A stretch of 64,000 bases of DNA from NCBI GenBank assembly GCA_043821285.1, contig JBDRCZ010000017.1, forward strand, positions 15,947-79,946. Direction: 5' to 3'. Positions 59,962 through 64,000 of this stretch are shown in pieces. The notes under the pieces are model-generated. The model had not been told where the DNA came from. It saw only the letters and a program-made list of their open reading frames with translations, and did not search any database. The position numbers were made by a program, and so were the translations under genes. The DNA comes from Candidatus Omnitrophota bacterium. Its GTDB lineage: Bacteria > Omnitrophota > Gorgyraeia > B26-G9 > JBDRCZ01. Numbering within the stretch: the first letter of the stretch is position 1; each line of letters starts with the position of its first letter.

Positions 59962-62900
59962 AATTGCCTGTTCTATAGCATACACCATATCTAATTCAAA
60001 CAAGTTAATCTCTGGCGCATCATCCGGTTGAGATACAATCATTAGAGCAGTGCTTGGTTTTATAGGAGGATTATTTTGATCTAACTCATCTGGGTCATTG
60101 CGGAAAGACCCATATTCATCTTCGCTCCAGGGATAACAATATATTGAAGTTCCCCCATCCTTTTTTTTCTCAAGAAGACCGTATTCTGATAATCGATTAA
60201 GAACTGTCCTTACCCTGTCTGTGCCCATATATCTATAATTGCGGAATTCATCTCTCAATACCTCAGCAACCTCTGATGCTTTAAACTCCCTACCGTTAGC
60301 AAAATTCGCCCAGACTGTACGAAGTATAACTTTTTCATTACCGGGCTGATTGTTCTCCTGTAGTGTAATATTGTCCCAGTAAGATAAATATGATTGGTCA
60401 AATTCCTCTTTTGACAAATCCCGCAATTCCCGTTTATGTTCTTGGTCAATTGCTGCCATCTCACGATATACAATGCATTTGTTTAAGTGTGCGAGTGACA
60501 GCAATAACGGCACATTTTTTATCTGCCCCTTGTTTATTCTTTGCGTTTCTGATATTCTTAAAATCTGTTTATAATATTCTATTGTTTTGTCATAACACGA
60601 TAGTGCTTTTATATATTCTTCTTTATCATTTTGCTCAAAACCATTTTCCGCATATTCAGCGCCTTCTTCAGCATACCATGCAGCTGCTTCTGTAAAAATA
60701 TCTACTGCACCAGCAAAATATTTTTCCTTAATATATTTACTAGCTAACGCTTTATAAACATTAGCGGACATTGGCATACTGCTATCTGGATAAAATTGTT
60801 TTCCTGTTGACTGGTTACTAGTTCTCGTGTGTGATGGTATTATCATTCTTGCAGGTGTGCTACTTTGGGGAGAAACTCCATTATATGTTGTATCAAAACC
60901 CCTAGTATATGCGAATTGCCATTTTTGTGGTATGATATTTCGTAATACCTCCGCGATAAAGGCAGGTGGGGTTAAAATCCAATTTGCTACCTTGATTAAG
61001 GCTTCAGAATATCTTTTACCTTCTAATTTATCCTCCATCCATTTTAGTACTGTAGCGCGCTGCCAGAAGCCAAGATATTCTCCAAAGAAATAGAAAAATA
61101 CTACTGCTGCCCATCCTCCCACACCCGCCAGGTCAAAAGGTATAATTAAACGGCCCGCACCTCTATTTCTGAGTCTATCTTGTATAACAAAATGCGGCAG
61201 TGGGACATTAAACCTTAATATCTGCCTTTCTCTACTTAATATTAAATCAGCATTGCCTAAATTTGCTTTACCGATAACTTCATCTATAATACTCCTCACA
61301 ATCACTTTTTCTCGATTATTACACCCGCGGTAAATCGCTCTAAAATATTCTCTTAGTAGAGAACGGATCATTATAAGCTGAACATTGTCTTGTCTTATGT
61401 ATACTTCAGCAGCTGAACGTACTGCTATTTCAAGTGCTTCTTGTTTGTGCGCTGGCAATATTCTGTATGTCTGATTAGCCACTGTGCCCCTATCTTGTGT
61501 GACATAAGGGGCTATCACTTTAAAAAGTACATGCCGTGCATCTGCTTGAGAAAGATATACTAATCCTTTTAATGTGTCATCCATGACCGCTTTAGTTAAC
61601 GGGTGTTGTCCTGGATTTTGAATAGAACTGTAAATTCTAGCGATAATTTCTATATTAATTCTCTCTATAGGTGTAGAATCTATTTTAAATTCATAGCTTC
61701 CTACATCGTCTTTTCTAACGGTCTGCACAATTTCATTTACTTTTTGAATAATCTCTTGTCTTTCATCTTTTAAAAGGCCTATATCTTCTCTTGATAAAAA
61801 GCTTGCTAAAAACTCCAGTTCTAATGCTTGCTGAAGAGCATTTTCTGGAGAAAAATTATTAATCCCTTGTTTAAGAGCATCCATCATGGAAACTTCTAAG
61901 TTTATACCAGGGCGATAAGTGTGTAAAAAAAACCTTTTGATATTGATAAATTCTGGCAAAAGAATAACCTCTTTAGTGTCTAAATTTATAGTCTCATTTA
62001 TAGTTTCTTCTAATATAGAGCTAAACGGGCGAAGAAGTACTAATCTTTCATAAAGAGTCTCATCTGAATGAAAAAATGTTAAATAGATCACAAGTCTTAA
62101 ATAATAATCCGCCAGAAAAACACCATCTACAGTAAACTCTATGTTACCATCTTTATCTCTACGGCTTACAGTTAAACATTTGTACAAAAAATTATCTATC
62201 TCTGTAAGCATCCGATATAAGATTTCCATCGCGGTTTCTGTATTCTGTTCTAAGGCAAGCTCAAGAACATTAGTGACATTTGAGAAATCTTGCAAAACAA
62301 CATATTCTTTAAGAACACCCCATAGACTATCAAACAACTCATGGTCTTCACGATGATAAGCAAATGCAGCCAGGCCAACAAATGACGCTAAGTTTGCTTT
62401 TAAATTTAAACCGGTATTTATCAAATAGCTTATTTCCTTTTCTATATAAATGAGTATAATTTTAGAAACATCACCTCCGGCAATAAAGGTATAAACAATC
62501 ACTGCAAAAAGGGCGTCGTGTAATTCCTCATCTTCCGGAGATATATTTAATCGTTGAAGTATTTCAGCCAACACTGCTATTACCATATCAATTTCTTCGA
62601 TATTATCTTGTATATGCACGCGCATTTTATTAATAAAAAATACCAAAACATGGCGAAGTTCATTTTTTAGATGACTGTCCAATTTTTCCCAGTCTCCTTC
62701 TTCCGTTTCTGTTAAACTTTGTATTTCAGCTTGGACACGGTCTAATTCTTCATTCAACGAGTTTATTCTTTCTGTATTTGAAGGGGCCGGACTTCTCTGT
62801 CTCTGTCTTTGTCTCTGCCGCCTTGAGCTTCTTGGTTCTGACCTACGCTGTAAGTTTTGTATTTCCCGGGTAATCTCTTGCTCTCGCCCTTTCAGCGCCG

Positions 62901-64000
62901 TTAGTTCTTTTCTGCTGGCAATAATATGCTCTAATAAATTGCTTATATCTGTTTGTAATCGGTCATCTGCTGGTCTAACGACCGATGGTTGCTTATCTTC
63001 AGCAGTTGGTTGTTCTGTAGGAATTAATGCTATTGATACTTTTATCGGGTCATCAAACGGCCAATCAATACTTTGGCTTAGCATTCTCTGAAACTCCACA
63101 AATAATTCTTTACTGTTTTTTTGCCCATTAACCTGCTCTGCAAAAATTTCAAACATATCTTCTCTGGTAAGACTACCTTCAATTAACGGTCTAATATCGG
63201 CTGTAGATTCTACAAGAATCATACTAACCGAGCGCAGTGAATTTTCGATTGTATCAGCCTTAATAACCCTATCTTCTTTATCTTGCAAATATTCTCTGAT
63301 TAAATATTGCAGTGCTTCTCGGTTAACACTAAGGGTTGAGCTGGCAAAATACATTACTATCTCTAAATAGTACATCCGCATCTCTTGCTTTCTTGCCCCG
63401 GCAATTTTTTTGATAATTTCTTCAAAATAATCTTTATCCTCCTCAAGTTTATCTTGCCAGAGATTTGCTAACTGGTAAAGAGCCGTCCTTCTTGTATTTT
63501 CATCTCTACTTTCTCTTAGTTTTCTGATAAGCTGTGCTTCGCGCTGTGTAGCAAGATTTTGATAGATTTCATCTATTTCAAACAATATCTCCAATTTTTC
63601 TCTTAATTTTATTCTTTCATTACCCAAACGGCCATCATCCGTGCCTTGGAGAACTAAATTCCCTAATATCTCAATGGCACATCTCTTGCGCATCTTATTA
63701 AGCGGTGTGAAGTTATTAAAGGATGCTTCTATTAATACTAAACCCATTCTTTCTAAAGAAGCGCCTTGAGCAAAAAGGGTTCTAAAATATAGACCGATAT
63801 TATAGTGGTCCGGCGGCAGTTCTGTAAACATCTCTATTTCAGAACGGTCAACAATCTCTTGAAACAATATTTCGATTAAGATAGTTAGCAATCTGTAACG
63901 TCTATTTTCAACCCCAGTAAGATAGAGTACTAAACTATTAGTAAACTCCGCTAGACCAATTATTACTTCTTCTGGTAATTCGGCTGTTTTCAGTTCGGGT
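59959..64000 (-). CDS. Giant-family protein F, C-terminal 1347+ aa (N-terminus beyond window edge): helical-repeat module paralogous to C, TM pair, TPR-like and winged-helix-like C-terminal region, C-terminal AIEQAI
   Basis: Track start 63891 is a TTG artefact. The frame stays open to position 64000 (...PELKTAELPEEVIIGLAEF...). Contains a coiled-coil SR/QR-rich stretch (RRQRQRQRQRSP). FKASEVAEVLRDEFRNYRYMGTDRVRTVLNRLSEYGLLEKK resembles a winged helix. Confidence 0.7.
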   Translation of the reverse strand, partial: PELKTAELPEEVIIGLAEFTNSLVLYLTGVENRRYRLLTILIEILFQEIVDRSEIEMFTELPPDHYNIGLYFRTLFAQGASLERMGLVLIEASFNNFTPLNKMRKRCAIEILGNLVLQGTDDGRLGNERIKLREKLEILFEIDEIYQNLATQREAQLIRKLRESRDENTRRTALYQLANLWQDKLEEDKDYFEEIIKKIAGARKQEMRMYYLEIVMYFASSTLSVNREALQYLIREYLQDKEDRVIKADTIENSLRSVSMILVESTADIRPLIEGSLTREDMFEIFAEQVNGQKNSKELFVEFQRMLSQSIDWPFDDPIKVSIALIPTEQPTAEDKQPSVVRPADDRLQTDISNLLEHIIASRKELTALKGREQEITREIQNLQRRSEPRSSRRQRQRQRQRSPAPSNTERINSLNEELDRVQAEIQSLTETEEGDWEKLDSHLKNELRHVLVFFINKMRVHIQDNIEEIDMVIAVLAEILQRLNISPEDEELHDALFAVIVYTFIAGGDVSKIILIYIEKEISYLINTGLNLKANLASFVGLAAFAYHREDHELFDSLWGVLKEYVVLQDFSNVTNVLELALEQNTETAMEILYRMLTEIDNFLYKCLTVSRRDKDGNIEFTVDGVFLADYYLRLVIYLTFFHSDETLYERLVLLRPFSSILEETINETINLDTKEVILLPEFINIKRFFLHTYRPGINLEVSMMDALKQGINNFSPENALQQALELEFLASFLSREDIGLLKDERQEIIQKVNEIVQTVRKDDVGSYEFKIDSTPIERINIEIIARIYSSIQNPGQHPLTKAVMDDTLKGLVYLSQADARHVLFKVIAPYVTQDRGTVANQTYRILPAHKQEALEIAVRSAAEVYIRQDNVQLIMIRSLLREYFRAIYRGCNNREKVIVRSIIDEVIGKANLGNADLILSRERQILRFNVPLPHFVIQDRLRNRGAGRLIIPFDLAGVGGWAAVVFFYFFGEYLGFWQRATVLKWMEDKLEGKRYSEALIKVANWILTPPAFIAEVLRNIIPQKWQFAYTRGFDTTYNGVSPQSSTPARMIIPSHTRTSNQSTGKQFYPDSSMPMSANVYKALASKYIKEKYFAGAVDIFTEAAAWYAEEGAEYAENGFEQNDKEEYIKALSCYDKTIEYYKQILRISETQRINKGQIKNVPLLLSLAHLNKCIVYREMAAIDQEHKRELRDLSKEEFDQSYLSYWDNITLQENNQPGNEKVILRTVWANFANGREFKASEVAEVLRDEFRNYRYMGTDRVRTVLNRLSEYGLLEKKKDGGTSIYCYPWSEDEYGSFRNDPDELDQNNPPIKPSTALMIVSQPDDAPEINLFELDMVYAIEQAI

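Noticed and set aside
63889-63891. Annotated start of gene F at 63891
   Set aside because: It is a TTG picked by the ORF finder. The frame remains open to the window edge and the family signal peptide is missing, so the gene is truncated by the window.

Overview
This 64-kb window comes from an AT-rich bacterium whose genes mostly lack strong Shine-Dalgarno sites and sometimes start with TTG or GTG. Positions 1 to about 27,000 are ordinary core genome, almost all on the + strand. It holds the 3' end of thiC, a tRNA-Gly(CCC), an FmdB zinc-ribbon gene, an ATPase, a metallophosphoesterase, a ThyA-like thymidylate synthase, a HIT protein, guaA, dnaE, a PilZ-PilT fusion, HU, hisS, a dGTPase, a PilZ gene plus a GAF-HD-GYP gene (c-di-GMP module), SPOR and SH3b proteins, an M50-like protease, aroB, yjbQ, a GNAT, a membrane glycosyltransferase-like protein and mscS. 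Small MITE-like elements with CCACAGATT termini and CAATAC heptamer repeats are scattered between these genes. An IS200/IS605-like HUH transposase and a small minus-strand operon (ACT protein, two hypotheticals including an H-NOX/V4R-like protein) lie at 27.1-29.5 kb.
The standout region is 29.8-64.0 kb. Six consecutive minus-strand giant genes (A to F, 995 to 2363+ aa, F runs off the window) share a near-identical N-terminal signal peptide plus an NLKxLxTHLAPPL motif, conserved at the nucleotide level. They also share a C-terminal tetrapeptide EQAI and a hairpin terminator that overlaps the stop codon. Their interiors are unrelated and carry unusual enzymatic cargo: tandem transketolase modules in D, a methyltransferase-HD-PRTase-HAD fusion in E, two degenerate GGDEF-like domains in B, a ThiS-like beta-grasp in A, and HEAT-like repeats and TM segments in B, C and D. 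B and E are preceded by a near-consensus sigma70 promoter and a conserved leader of about 460-510 nt full of CACAGAG and heptamer repeats and a conserved stem-loop. An IS4/IS701-like element with perfect 18-bp terminal inverted repeats, whose transposase carries an in-frame TAG, sits in the leader of D. I interpret the array as a previously undescribed family of giant secreted or membrane proteins with a shared expression and sorting module.
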